Assembly (NCBI GenBank): GCA_002708825.1
Contig: PAPF01000030.1
Coordinates: forward strand, 59,365 to 123,364
Reading direction: 5' to 3'
Length of the DNA stretch: 64,000 nucleotides
Source of the DNA: Phyllobacteriaceae bacterium
GTDB lineage: Bacteria; Pseudomonadota; Alphaproteobacteria; Rhizobiales; Rhizobiaceae
In this document: positions 52,651 to 62,835 of the stretch, in pieces
How the letters are laid out: each line of letters opens with the position of its first letter
How positions within the stretch are numbered: position 1 is the stretch's first letter
Program-made: the position numbers and the translations under genes
The notes under the pieces: generated by a model
Told to the model about the DNA's origin: nothing
The model's database searches: none
The model's input: the letters and a program-made list of their open reading frames with translations, nothing else

Positions 52651-52680
52651 GAACTGAATCATAAACCTCCGGAGGCACGT

Positions 52681-52712
52681 TGACAATCTGACATTTTGAC
52701 GAATAATGTCAG
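52681..52712. promoter_or_regulatory. Probable TetR operator
   Basis: Inverted repeat CTGACATT-N9-AATGTCAG plus three TGAC repeats at 8-nt period. Confidence 0.6.
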
Positions 52713-52736
52713 AACGTGAAAAGAATGAGGTCCGCA

Positions 52737-53195
52737 ATGCAATTGACGGTCAATGGGAAAACGGTCGAGGTCGATGTCGAACCGGACATGCCCCTGCTCT
52801 GGGTCCTGCGCGACGAACTGGGCATGACGGGCACGAAATACGGATGCGGCATTGCCCAGTGCGGCGCCTGCACGGTGCATGTCGATGGCGTGGCGATGCG
52901 TTCCTGCCAGCTTTACGCGGGCGATGTGGAAGGCGCGATCACGACGATCGAGGGTCTCGGCACGCCGGATGCGCTCCATGCCGTCCAGGCCGCTTGGATC
53001 GAGCACCAGGTCGCGCAATGCGGCTATTGCCAGTCCGGGCAGATCATGGCCGCCGCCGCCTTCCTGGAATCCAACCCGGACCCGTCCGACGCCGACATTG
53101 ACGACGCCATGTCGGGCAACCTGTGCCGTTGCGGCACCTATCCGCGCATTCGCGAGGCGGTCAAGTCGGCCGCCGCCAGCCTTCGGGGGGTCTGA
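52737..53195 (+). CDS. (2Fe-2S) small subunit, IorA-like
   Basis: [32 protein letters not shown]. Confidence 0.93.
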   Translation: MQLTVNGKTVEVDVEPDMPLLWVLRDELGMTGTKYGCGIAQCGACTVHVDGVAMRSCQLYAGDVEGAITTIEGLGTPDALHAVQAAWIEHQVAQCGYCQSGQIMAAAAFLESNPDPSDADIDDAMSGNLCRCGTYPRIREAVKSAAASLRGV

Positions 53196-53197
53196 TC

Positions 53198-55441
53198 ATG
53201 GGACGCATCGCGACGATCACCCGCCGCACGCTTCTCGTCGGCGCCGCCGCCATCGCAGGCGGCGTGGCCTTCGGCGTCTGGCGTTACCGCACCCCATACG
53301 CCAACCCGCTTCTCGATGACCTGGAAGCCGGCGAGGCCGCCATCACGCCCTATGTGAAGATCGATGCCGGCGGCGTGACGCTCATCACCCCGCGTGCCGA
53401 CAAGGGCCAGGGCGCCTATCATGTCCAGGCAGCACTTCTGGCCGAGGAACTGGATGTGGACCTCGACCAGGTGCGCGTCGATCCCGGTCCGCCCGACAAG
53501 GCCTACTGGAACACGGCACTCGCCGCCGAGGCCGCCGACTTCATGGTTCCCTCTGCGGGCATGATGCAGAATGCAGCCACGGTCGGCCTCTCCGCGGTCA
53601 TGAAGTTCATTGGCATGCAGATCACAGGCGGCTCCACCACGGTGCCGGACCAGTTCGAGAAACTGCGTATCGCCGGAGCGGTCGCGCGCGAGACGCTGAA
53701 GGCTGCCGCCGCGAAGCAGGCCGGCGTCTCCGTGTCCCGGCTGAAGACGGAACAGGGCACGGTGATCCTGCCGGACGGATCGCGCCTGACCTATGTGGAA
53801 CTTGCCCCCGCCGCCGCAGCGATCGATCCCGTGGAAGAGGTTTCGCTGCGCGATCCGTCCCAATGGCGGCTGCTCGGCAAGCCGATGCAGCGCATCGACA
53901 TGGTCGCCAAGTGCACCGGCACGCAGGTCTACGGCATCGACGAGAAGATCGAGGGCATGGTCCACGCCACCGTTCTTCTCAATCCCGCGCAGGGCGGTCC
54001 GGTCAACGGTTTCGATGCCTCGGAGGCGGAAAAAATGCGCGGCGTGAAGGCCGTCGTACCGGTCACGGGCGGCGTCGCCATTGTCGCCGACAATACCTGG
54101 CGCGCCTTCCAGGCCGCCAGCGCGGTGAAGGCGGACTGGGGCAAGGCAGCCTTTCCGGCGACCATGGAGGAACACTGGCAGGTCCTCGCCGGATCCTTCA
54201 TCGCCGACCGGCAGGACAGCCGCAATCGCGATGATGGCGACGTCGAGATCGCCATTGCCGAAAGCGCGCCGGTCGAGGCGGAATACCGTGCGCCCTATCT
54301 TGCCCACGCCCCGCTTGAGCCCATCAGCGCCATCGTCCGCGTCACCGATGACGCGGTGGATGTGTGGACCGGGACGCAGATCCCGCGCTTCACCCAGGCC
54401 AATGTCGCGCGCATCACCGGCATCGAAGCGGAAAAGGTGCGCGTCCACGTCTACATGATGGGCGGCAGTTTCGGCCATCGCCTCGAAGACGAGGTGGTCA
54501 AGCAGGCCGCCGAGATCGCGATGCAGATGAAGGGCACGCCGGTCAAGCTCACCTATTCGCGCGAAGAGGACATGACCCATGACTTCGTGCGCCAGATCGC
54601 CATGGCGCGGCTGCGCGGCACGGTGCGTGACGGCAAGGTGGAAACGCTCGATCTGGGCATCGCCATGCCGTCGGTCATGGCCAGCCAGATGTCGCGTCAG
54701 GGTCTTTCCATCGCCGGTCCCGACAACCAGATCGTCGCCGGCGCCTGGGACCAGCCCTTCGCCATTCCCAATCAGCGGGTAACGGGCTATCGCGCGCCCG
54801 AACTGGCGCCCATCAGCTCCTGGCGATCGGTCGGCGCGTCCTCCAACGGCTTCTTTTACAATGCCGCGCTGGACGAACTGATCGCCGCGGCGGGCGCCGA
54901 CCCGATGGCCGAGCGGCTGCGCCTGTGCTCCGATCCGCTGGCCCGTCGGGTGCTGGAAGCGGTGGCGGAAATGTCGGACTGGTCCGGCCCGCAGCCCGGC
55001 GCCGGGCGTGGCCGTGGCGTTGCGCTGACGAAATCCTTCGGCGTCCATTGCGCGCAGGTCGTCGAGGTGAGCGATACCGCGGACGGCATCCGCATCGACC
55101 GGGTCTGGGTCGCGGCGGAGGTGGGCACCGTGCTCGATCCGGTCAATTTCGACAATCTCGTCAAGGGCGGCGTCGTCTTCGGCCTTGGCCATGCGATGAA
55201 TTGCGAAATCACCTACACCGATGGCGTTGCCGACCAGACCAATTTCCACGATTTCGAGGGCATGCGTCTTTACCAGTGCCCGGTGATCGAGGTGCGCGGA
55301 CTGGAGAACGGCCAGAAGGTGCTGGGTATCGGCGAACCGCCCGTGCCCCCTGCCGCTCCGGCGCTTGCCGGCGCCATCTTCGCCGCCACCGGAACGCGGC
55401 TGCGTGAAATGCCCTTCAGCAAGTTCGTCGATTTCGCGTGA
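53198..55441 (+). CDS. Molybdopterin-binding large subunit, IorB-like (xanthine dehydrogenase family)
   Basis: Twin-arginine TRRTLL; GQG, LAHAPLEP, GGSFG, WRSVG, GIGEPPVPP. Confidence 0.9.
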   Translation: MGRIATITRRTLLVGAAAIAGGVAFGVWRYRTPYANPLLDDLEAGEAAITPYVKIDAGGVTLITPRADKGQGAYHVQAALLAEELDVDLDQVRVDPGPPDKAYWNTALAAEAADFMVPSAGMMQNAATVGLSAVMKFIGMQITGGSTTVPDQFEKLRIAGAVARETLKAAAAKQAGVSVSRLKTEQGTVILPDGSRLTYVELAPAAAAIDPVEEVSLRDPSQWRLLGKPMQRIDMVAKCTGTQVYGIDEKIEGMVHATVLLNPAQGGPVNGFDASEAEKMRGVKAVVPVTGGVAIVADNTWRAFQAASAVKADWGKAAFPATMEEHWQVLAGSFIADRQDSRNRDDGDVEIAIAESAPVEAEYRAPYLAHAPLEPISAIVRVTDDAVDVWTGTQIPRFTQANVARITGIEAEKVRVHVYMMGGSFGHRLEDEVVKQAAEIAMQMKGTPVKLTYSREEDMTHDFVRQIAMARLRGTVRDGKVETLDLGIAMPSVMASQMSRQGLSIAGPDNQIVAGAWDQPFAIPNQRVTGYRAPELAPISSWRSVGASSNGFFYNAALDELIAAAGADPMAERLRLCSDPLARRVLEAVAEMSDWSGPQPGAGRGRGVALTKSFGVHCAQVVEVSDTADGIRIDRVWVAAEVGTVLDPVNFDNLVKGGVVFGLGHAMNCEITYTDGVADQTNFHDFEGMRLYQCPVIEVRGLENGQKVLGIGEPPVPPAAPALAGAIFAATGTRLREMPFSKFVDFA

Positions 55442-55685
55442 GGTTTCTGCAGGAAAGCGCCATGCGCCGTTGATCCCGTTGCGTTGCAATTGCGTAACCA
55501 TGGGTGGAAACGGCGCCGGAAGCTGTCAGGAGAGATTCTCGCCGCATCTTTTGTGCGTCGCACAAACATGATATCAACGCGGACTTGCAGCGCGCCCCGG
55601 CAATGGCCACATCTGACCGGCGGGGGCGCGAAAACGGCCATGCCCTGGACAAGAAGGCAAGGAACGGCCGGAACGGACGGAACCC

Positions 55686-56837
55686 ATGGCTCGATTTCCC
55701 TTTCACCGGATTGCCGCCTTCGTCGTGCTCGCCGCCTCGGCGGCTTGGGTGGCGACGGGCGAATTCTCCTCGGTCGGCTCGGCCGCCAACGATCCGGCGA
55801 CCGCGTCCGTGACGCCGGACTCCGGCGTAGCCGCTGAACGCGCCGATCCGCCGCGCGAACTCAAGACCGTGGCCGTCATCGATCCGCCTTTCATCCGGCA
55901 CAATCGCGCCATCCGCATTTCCGGCCAGACCGAGCCGGACAAGCGGGCCGAAATCGCCACGCGCGCCGCCGGCATCATTGCCGAACTGCCGGTCTCCCAG
56001 GGCGAGCGCGTGCAGGAAGGCGATCTCATCCTGTCGCTCGACAATGAGGGCAAGGCAGCCGCGGTGGAATCCGCCCGTGCCGTGCTGGCGCAGCGCGAAA
56101 AGGAATTCGAGGCGTCCGAACGCCTCGCCCGCCAGGGCAGCCTGCCGAAACTGCAGCTGGAAACGGCCCGCTCGGCGCTGGCCACCGCACGGTCACAGCT
56201 TGAACAGGCGCAAGCCGAACTGTCGCGCTTCGAATTGCGCGCGCCCTTTTCCGGCATCATCGACAAGGTTTCCGTGGAACTTGGCAGTTCCGTCCAGCAG
56301 GGCGCGGCGGTCGCAACGCTTCTGTCCCTCGATCCGGTGATTGCCGCCGGCGAGGTGTCCGAGCGCGATCTCGGCCATATCGACATCGGCGATACCGCGG
56401 AGATCCGTCTCATTTCCGGTGAAACGGTGCAAGGCACCATCCGCTACATCTCCCGTCAGGCCAGCGCCGCGACGAGGACTTTCCCGGTCGAGATCGCCAT
56501 CCCCAATCCCGACGGCGCAATTCCGGCGGGCATGACCGCGGAGATCACGTTGAAGACGGACCCGGTCAAGGCTGTCAGGCTGCCGCGCTCGGTGGTGACG
56601 CTGTCGGACAGCGGCGATCTGGGCGTCCGTGTGGCAACGGGTGACGGCAAGGCCGGTTTCGTGCCCATCGATCTTGTCGACGACACGCCCGAAGGCCTTG
56701 TTCTGGCCGGTGTGCCCGACGATGCCCGCATCATCGTGGCAGGCCAGGATCTCGTCAGCGACGGCGAGCAAATCAACGCCGTCCCCGCCGACATGGAGAT
56801 GCTGCAACGCCTGGCCGGCCGCCAGGCCATCAACTGA
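55686..56837 (+). CDS. RND efflux periplasmic adaptor subunit
   Basis: N-terminal anchor, lipoyl/hairpin pattern, LRAPFSG, TRTFPVE, GMTAE. Confidence 0.92.
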   Translation: MARFPFHRIAAFVVLAASAAWVATGEFSSVGSAANDPATASVTPDSGVAAERADPPRELKTVAVIDPPFIRHNRAIRISGQTEPDKRAEIATRAAGIIAELPVSQGERVQEGDLILSLDNEGKAAAVESARAVLAQREKEFEASERLARQGSLPKLQLETARSALATARSQLEQAQAELSRFELRAPFSGIIDKVSVELGSSVQQGAAVATLLSLDPVIAAGEVSERDLGHIDIGDTAEIRLISGETVQGTIRYISRQASAATRTFPVEIAIPNPDGAIPAGMTAEITLKTDPVKAVRLPRSVVTLSDSGDLGVRVATGDGKAGFVPIDLVDDTPEGLVLAGVPDDARIIVAGQDLVSDGEQINAVPADMEMLQRLAGRQAIN

Positions 56838-56849
56838 CGGGAGCGCGCC

Positions 56850-59800
56850 ATGGGCCTTGTCGGCGTCGCCATCCGCAATGCGCGGCTGACCATTTCCGTC
56901 CTTCTGTTCCTGCTCGTCGCGGGCGCGATGGCCTATGTCTCGATTCCCAAGGAAGCCGAGCCGGATGTCCAGATCCCGATCATCTATGTCTCGCTGCACT
57001 ACCAGGGCATATCGCCGGAGGATTCCGAGCGCCTGCTGCTGCGCCCAGTCGAGACGCGGCTGAAGAGCATCACCGGCATCAAGGAAATGCGCTCGACCGC
57101 CTACCAGGGCGGCGGCAACGTGATCGTCGAGTTCCAGGCCGGCACCGATCTCGACAAGGCGCTCGACGATGTGCGCAACAAGGTTGACGACGCCAAGCCG
57201 GACCTGCCCGATGGCGCCGACGAGCCCAGCGTCAACGAAGTCAACATTTCCGAGTTTCCCGTCCTCGTCGTCACCCTGTCGGGTGACGTTCCCGAACGCG
57301 CCCTGACCGCCGCCGCGCGCGAATTGCGCGACCGGATCGAGGAGGTCAACGGCGTGCTCGAAGCCGCCTTGCGCGGCGCCCGCGACGATCTCGTCGAGGT
57401 GATCATCGATCCCGTCAAGCTGTCGTCCTACGGCCTGCGCCTCGACCAGATGATCGCCGGCGTCAATGCCAACAACTCGCTCGTGGCCGCGGGGCAATTG
57501 CAGGGCGACCAGGGCAAGTATGCCGTCAAGGTGCCCTCGCTCATCGAAACGGTGGAGGATGTGGCCAACCTGCCCATCGTCGCCGGGCCGAACGCGGTGG
57601 TGCGCGCCCGCGATCTCGCCACCATCCGCTCCACCTTCAAGGACGCCGAGACGATCACGCGCCTCAACGGCAAGCCGGCCATCGCCATCGAGGTATCCAA
57701 GCGCACCGGCGCAAACCTTGTCGAAACTGTCGATGCCGTGAAGGCCGTCGCCAGCGAGTTCAAGGCGCTGCTGCCGCCCGGTGCCGAGGTGGCGTTCAGC
57801 CAGGACAAGTCGACGACCATCCGCCAGTTGCTCGGCGACCTGCAGAACTCGGTTCTGACCGCCGTCATCCTTGTCTTCATCGTCATCCTCTACGCCCTGT
57901 CCGGCCGCGCCTCGCTGCTGATCGGCCTGGCCATCCCCGCATCCTTCCTGATGGGCATACTGGGCCTGTCGCTGGCCGGCCTCACCGTCAACATCGTCGT
58001 CCTGTTCAGCCTCATCCTGGCGGTCGGCATGCTGGTCGATGACGCCATCATCGTCACCGAATTCGCCGAGCGGCGCATGAGCGAGGGCATGGACAAGCGC
58101 CAGGCCTTTGCGCTGGCCGCCCAGCGCATGGCGGGTCCCGTCATCGCCTCCACCATGACCCGCATCGCCGCCTTCTCGCCCCTGCTGTTCTGGCCCGGCG
58201 TGGTCGGCGAATTCATGAAATACATGCCGATCACGCTGATCGCCACGCTTTCGGCCTCGCTGGTCTATGCGTTGATCTTCACGCCCACGCTCGGCGCGCT
58301 GTTCGCCAGCCGTCAGATCGCCGAGCCGTCAGGCCGCGACGGGCTCTACATGTGGGTGGCCAAGCGCGCCATCCGCCATCCCTTCATCGTCATGACGGCA
58401 TCGCTCGGCCTTCTTGTCGCCGTGCCGGTTGCCTATGGCAAGTACGGTTCCGGCGTCGAGTTCTTCCCCGATGTGGAGCCGGAATACGGGCTTCTCTACG
58501 TCCATGCCCGCGGCAATCTCTCGCTTGAGGAACAGGATGCGGCGACGCGGCGCGCCGAGGAGCGCATTCTCGGCTGGCCGGGCATCGAGACGGTCTACAC
58601 ACGGGTCGGCTCCGTTCAGGGTGCAGGCGGCGCGCAGGTCGACGAGGACGTCGTCGGCGTGATCCAGTACGAATTCATCGACTGGCGCGAGCGCAAGCCG
58701 GCCTCCGAGATCCTGGCAGACCTGCGCGTGGCCATGCGCGGCATTCCCGGCGTGGAAATCGAGGTGTCCGTGCCCCAGGCCGGACCGCCAACCGGCAAGG
58801 CGATCCAGCTTCGCCTGTCGAGCGACAATCCGGCCGGCCTCAACGATGCCGCCGGTGACGTGGCCGCGATGCTGGAGACGGTGCCCGACGTCATCGACAT
58901 TTCCGACGGAATGCCGTCGCCCGGCATCGACTGGGAGCTTCAGGTCGACCGCACGCTGGCCGCGCAATACGGCATCGGCCCGGCGTCTGTCGGCACGGTC
59001 GTCCAGCTCGTCACCACCGGCCTGAAACTGTCGGATTACCGGCCTGCCGGCGCCGACGACGCCGTGGACATCCGGCTGCGCCTTCCGGAAGACCGCCGCA
59101 CGCTCGCCACGCTTGACCAGTTGCGCGTCGAGACGGCCCAGGGATCGGTGCCGATTTCCAACTTCGTCACCCGCAAGCCCGCCCAGCGTACGGGCACGCT
59201 CAACCGCATCGACGGCACCCGCACGGTGACCGTCCAGGCAGGCATCACCGAGGGCGTGCAGGCCGACAAGGTGCGCCAGGCCGTCATCGCCAAGATGGAA
59301 GGCCTGGACCTTGCCGAGCGCGGCATCCGCTGGAAACTCGCCGGCGAGGACGAGGAGCAGAGGGCGGCCGGGGAGTTCCTGACCAAGGCCTTCGCCGCCG
59401 CCATGGCGCTCATCTTCACTGTCCTGCTCGCCCAGTTCAACCGGTTCCTTTCGGTCGCCCTGGTGCTTACCGCCGTCGTCATGTCCACCATCGGCGTGCT
59501 GCTCGGCCTGCTGATCATGGGCCAGCCCTTCGGCGTGGTCATGACCGGGATCGGCATCATCGCGCTGGCCGGCGTCGTGGTGAACAACAACATCGTGCTC
59601 ATCGATACGTTTGACCACCTGCGCCACGAGCAGGGCATGGACAAGGTGGACGCCATCATCCAGACCTGCCGCGAACGCGTCCGCCCGGTCATGCTGACGG
59701 CGGTGACCGCCATTCTCGGCGTGCTGCCGATCGCATTCGGCTGGAACCTCGAACTGCTGAACCACGAGACCACGGTCGGCGCGCCCTCGACGCAATGGTG

Positions 59801-60236
59801 GATCGCGCTGTCATCGGCCATCGTCTTCGGCCTCGCCTTCTCCACCGTGCTGACGCTGATCGTGACGCCCTCCATGCTGATGATCGTCACCCGCTCGCAC
59901 GATTCCAGCGTCTACCGCTTCTTCCGCCGCATGCGGGGCAGGCCGTGGCGCTTTGCGCTGGCCATGCTGGCCACGCTCGCCATCTGGGGCGCGGCCGCCG
60001 CCGCCGGTCTTGCCGCCCTGTCGGCGCTGCAGGGCAATGGCCGCCTTGTTGCGCCCGTCATTGCACTCGCCGCCGCGTTGATGCTCTCCCGCATGGTCTG
60101 GAAGAGCACCCGCCTTCGCCGCTGGCTGGGCCTCGACGAACCGGCCCCGGAACCCTCCTCTCAGGACGCTGCCTCCGGAAGGCAGGCTGCGGAAACGGAC
60201 GGTGAAACGCTGGGCGCACCGGGCGCGGCGGAATAG
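56850..60236 (+). CDS. RND efflux permease (AcrB family) with C-terminal extension
   Basis: GMLVDDAIIVTE, GVVVNNNIVLID, RVRPVMLT. Confidence 0.95.
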   Translation: MGLVGVAIRNARLTISVLLFLLVAGAMAYVSIPKEAEPDVQIPIIYVSLHYQGISPEDSERLLLRPVETRLKSITGIKEMRSTAYQGGGNVIVEFQAGTDLDKALDDVRNKVDDAKPDLPDGADEPSVNEVNISEFPVLVVTLSGDVPERALTAAARELRDRIEEVNGVLEAALRGARDDLVEVIIDPVKLSSYGLRLDQMIAGVNANNSLVAAGQLQGDQGKYAVKVPSLIETVEDVANLPIVAGPNAVVRARDLATIRSTFKDAETITRLNGKPAIAIEVSKRTGANLVETVDAVKAVASEFKALLPPGAEVAFSQDKSTTIRQLLGDLQNSVLTAVILVFIVILYALSGRASLLIGLAIPASFLMGILGLSLAGLTVNIVVLFSLILAVGMLVDDAIIVTEFAERRMSEGMDKRQAFALAAQRMAGPVIASTMTRIAAFSPLLFWPGVVGEFMKYMPITLIATLSASLVYALIFTPTLGALFASRQIAEPSGRDGLYMWVAKRAIRHPFIVMTASLGLLVAVPVAYGKYGSGVEFFPDVEPEYGLLYVHARGNLSLEEQDAATRRAEERILGWPGIETVYTRVGSVQGAGGAQVDEDVVGVIQYEFIDWRERKPASEILADLRVAMRGIPGVEIEVSVPQAGPPTGKAIQLRLSSDNPAGLNDAAGDVAAMLETVPDVIDISDGMPSPGIDWELQVDRTLAAQYGIGPASVGTVVQLVTTGLKLSDYRPAGADDAVDIRLRLPEDRRTLATLDQLRVETAQGSVPISNFVTRKPAQRTGTLNRIDGTRTVTVQAGITEGVQADKVRQAVIAKMEGLDLAERGIRWKLAGEDEEQRAAGEFLTKAFAAAMALIFTVLLAQFNRFLSVALVLTAVVMSTIGVLLGLLIMGQPFGVVMTGIGIIALAGVVVNNNIVLIDTFDHLRHEQGMDKVDAIIQTCRERVRPVMLTAVTAILGVLPIAFGWNLELLNHETTVGAPSTQWWIALSSAIVFGLAFSTVLTLIVTPSMLMIVTRSHDSSVYRFFRRMRGRPWRFALAMLATLAIWGAAAAAGLAALSALQGNGRLVAPVIALAAALMLSRMVWKSTRLRRWLGLDEPAPEPSSQDAASGRQAAETDGETLGAPGAAE

Positions 60237-60240
60237 GCAG

Positions 60241-60266
60241 GGAACCAACTGCCCCTCAAGACCGTT
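60241..60266 (+). promoter_or_regulatory. Sigma-EcfG promoter
   Basis: GGAAC-N17-CGTT upstream of the DUF3309 gene. Confidence 0.75.
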
Positions 60267-60302
60267 CCCGTTCCGCCCGACCAACCGGAACAGGATACGT
60301 CC

Positions 60303-60452
60303 ATGTCACTCGGCACCATCCTTCTCATCATCCTCATCCTGCTGCTCATCGGCGCGATTCCCGCGCGCGGCCGTTTCGGCAACGCCCCGCTTGGCATCAT
60401 CGGCACGATCCTGTTGATCGTCCTCATCCTCATGCTGCTCGGTCGCATCTGA
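60303..60452 (+). CDS. DUF3309-family small membrane protein, 49 aa (not in ORF track)
   Basis: AGGA RBS; MSLGTILLIILILLLIGAIPARGRFGNAPLGIIGTILLIVLILMLLGRI. Confidence 0.85.
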   Translation: MSLGTILLIILILLLIGAIPARGRFGNAPLGIIGTILLIVLILMLLGRI

Positions 60453-60475
60453 GAAGCGGCCGCTGGAGACCAGCC

Positions 60476-60868
60476 ATGGACCGTGTGACCGGCAGTTGTC
60501 TTTGCGGCAGCGTACGCATTGAAGCAGAAGGGTCCCCCTATCGGGTGGGTCTGTGCCACTGTCTGGATTGCCGCAAGCATCATGGCGCCCTGTTTCATGC
60601 CTCTGCCGTATTCCCGCTACACGCCGTCGCCATCCAGGGCGAGACACGTGACTTCGGCGGCAGGTTCTTCTGTCCGCGTTGCGGCTCCACCCTTTTCGGA
60701 ATGTCCGGTGACGAAATCGAGATCAATCTTGGCAGCCTCGATGCGCCGGACCGGTTTCGTCCGACCTATGAGTTATGGACCATCCGCCGCGAATCATGGC
60801 TGCCGCCATTCCCCCTTGCCAGCCGCTATGAACGCGACCGCACGGGCCAGGGCCGCTCCGAGGATTGA
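60476..60868 (+). CDS. GFA-family protein
   Basis: GSCLCG, CHCLDCRK, FCPRCGS zinc motifs. Confidence 0.9.
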   Translation: MDRVTGSCLCGSVRIEAEGSPYRVGLCHCLDCRKHHGALFHASAVFPLHAVAIQGETRDFGGRFFCPRCGSTLFGMSGDEIEINLGSLDAPDRFRPTYELWTIRRESWLPPFPLASRYERDRTGQGRSED

Positions 60869-60873
60869 TCCTG

Positions 60874-61830
60874 TCAGGCGGCACGCCGTGCCGGTCCGTC
60901 CAGACGCTGGTCCGTGATGGCCTGTCGCAATGCGTCTGCGGGCGGTGTGACATGCAAAGGGCCGACGAGCGCTTCCAGCCGCGCACCGTCCAGCGAATGG
61001 GCGGTACGCCAGAGATAGCTCATCTTCACCACTTCCCGCACCACCGGCATGAATAGGCCAACCAGTTTCAGCATGGTCCAGTTGACATTGGCCCGCTTCA
61101 GGCGGCGTCCCGACGCCTGTTCCGCGGCTGCGAGCATCTGCTCGCCCGTCAGCGTGTGGCCGGCGAAGTGGAAGCGTTCGAACCGCCCGAGTTCGGCGCG
61201 CCGCTCCGCCAATGCCACGAACGCCCGCGCCAGGTCCGGCAGATAGGCAAAGGCATGCGGCAGGATCCACGGCCCCGGCCAGGTGAACTTGCCCTTCTTC
61301 AGATCCTTCAGGATCATCAGGTCGAGCCAGGTCCCGCCCTTCGGGCCGCCATAGAAATCGCCGGCGCGAAGGATGATGACCTGGACGCCCTCCTCCCGCG
61401 TGGCCCGTTCCAGCCGTTCCTCCATGGCGATGCGGATGCGCGCCTTGTCCGTGGAGGCATGCTGCGGCGCGTCCTCGCCAACGTCCATACCGATCTCGAG
61501 ACCGAAATTGTAGCCATTTCCGGGGATCATCAGCGTCGCCCCATGGGCCTTGGCCGCCGCGATGGCGTTCTCAACCATGGGCAAGACCGTCGTCTCCCAT
61601 TTGTCATAGGCCGGGTTCGCGGCATGCAGGATGACATTCGCGCCTCTCGTGGCGTCGATCAGGCTGGACGCGTCGAAGGCATCGGCAGCGGCGGGCACGA
61701 CGCCGGCCGGCATTTCCGAAACCCGCGTGCCGCGCCCGATGCCCTTCACCGTCCACCCGGCCCGCGCAAAGGCCTCGCCCGCCGTGAACCCGATATGCCC
61801 TGCCGCTCCGATGATTGCGATGGTCGCCAT
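60874..61830 (-). CDS. NAD-dependent epimerase/dehydratase (atypical SDR)
   Basis: IIGAAGHIG, HAANP, ILRAGDFYG, AYLPDLARA. Confidence 0.85.
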   Translation of the reverse strand: MATIAIIGAAGHIGFTAGEAFARAGWTVKGIGRGTRVSEMPAGVVPAAADAFDASSLIDATRGANVILHAANPAYDKWETTVLPMVENAIAAAKAHGATLMIPGNGYNFGLEIGMDVGEDAPQHASTDKARIRIAMEERLERATREEGVQVIILRAGDFYGGPKGGTWLDLMILKDLKKGKFTWPGPWILPHAFAYLPDLARAFVALAERRAELGRFERFHFAGHTLTGEQMLAAAEQASGRRLKRANVNWTMLKLVGLFMPVVREVVKMSYLWRTAHSLDGARLEALVGPLHVTPPADALRQAITDQRLDGPARRAA

Positions 61831-61928
61831 GGTCAGTCTCCTTTGTCCGTTGATGCCAAGGAGATAAACCTGCTATCTGTGCATGGAAATTGGAATAATA
61901 TGCAGATTGGCTATTCAGGAATGAATGG

Positions 61929-62825
61929 ATGGACGATTTCGACTGGAATCTGGTCAAGAGTTTCCTCGCCGTCGCCGAGACCGGTTCGCTCTCCGCCGCC
62001 GCACGCCGCCTGAAGGCCAGCCAGCCCACGCTTGGCCGCCACATGGCTGAACTGGAAGGCCGCCTCGGCGTCACCCTTTTCGAGCGCCTGCCGCGCGGGA
62101 TGGCGCTGACAAATGCCGGGACGGCCTTGCTCGACCATGCCCGGCGTATCGCCGCCGATACCGCTGCCCTGTCCATGACGGCGACCGGCGCAGCGCAGGA
62201 GGTGGCCGGTGCGGTGCGCATCGCCGCCAGCCAGATCGTGGCGCATTTCCTCCTTCCGGACATCGTCACGGCCCTGCGCCGCGCCGAGCCACGGCTCGAG
62301 GTGGAAATCGTCGCCTCCAACGCGATCCAGAACCTGCTGACCCGCGACGCCGATATCGCCATCCGCATGACGCAGCCGTCACAGGGCGAACTGATCGCCC
62401 GCAAGGTCGCCGATGTCGCCATGGGCGCCTTCGCCGCGCCGTCCTATCTGGAAACCGCGCCGCCGCTTGAAACCGCAACCGACCTGCTGAACCATACCGT
62501 TCTCGGATATGACCGCGATGACCTGATGATACGCGGCTTCAGGCAGATGGGCCACGCCGTCACGCGCGACTTCTTTCCCGTGCGCACCGATGACCAGGTG
62601 CTGCATTGGCGGCTGGCCGAAGCCGGTGCGGGAATAGGCTTCAACCAGTTGTATGCCGGCCTGAAATCGCCCCATGTGGTGCGAGTCCTGCCCGACCTGC
62701 CGCTTGAGCCGCTGCCGATGTATCTCGCAGTCCACCGGGAATTGCGCACGAGCCTGCGCATCCGCCGCGCCTATGACTTCGTGGCGGAGGCCCTGACCGC
62801 CCTGCCGCTGTCGACGGGCCGGTGA
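61929..62825 (+). CDS. LysR-family transcriptional regulator
   Basis: GSLSAAARRLKASQPTLGRH HTH; divergent from SDR; ATTCA-N4-TGAAT dyad with T-N11-A at 61912-61926. Confidence 0.93.
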   Translation: MDDFDWNLVKSFLAVAETGSLSAAARRLKASQPTLGRHMAELEGRLGVTLFERLPRGMALTNAGTALLDHARRIAADTAALSMTATGAAQEVAGAVRIAASQIVAHFLLPDIVTALRRAEPRLEVEIVASNAIQNLLTRDADIAIRMTQPSQGELIARKVADVAMGAFAAPSYLETAPPLETATDLLNHTVLGYDRDDLMIRGFRQMGHAVTRDFFPVRTDDQVLHWRLAEAGAGIGFNQLYAGLKSPHVVRVLPDLPLEPLPMYLAVHRELRTSLRIRRAYDFVAEALTALPLSTGR

Positions 62826-62835
62826 TCGGCTCGGC

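Noticed and set aside
55671..55684. Repeated GGAAC before the RND adaptor as an ECF promoter
   Set aside because: No CGTT at 16-17 nt spacing and too close to the start codon
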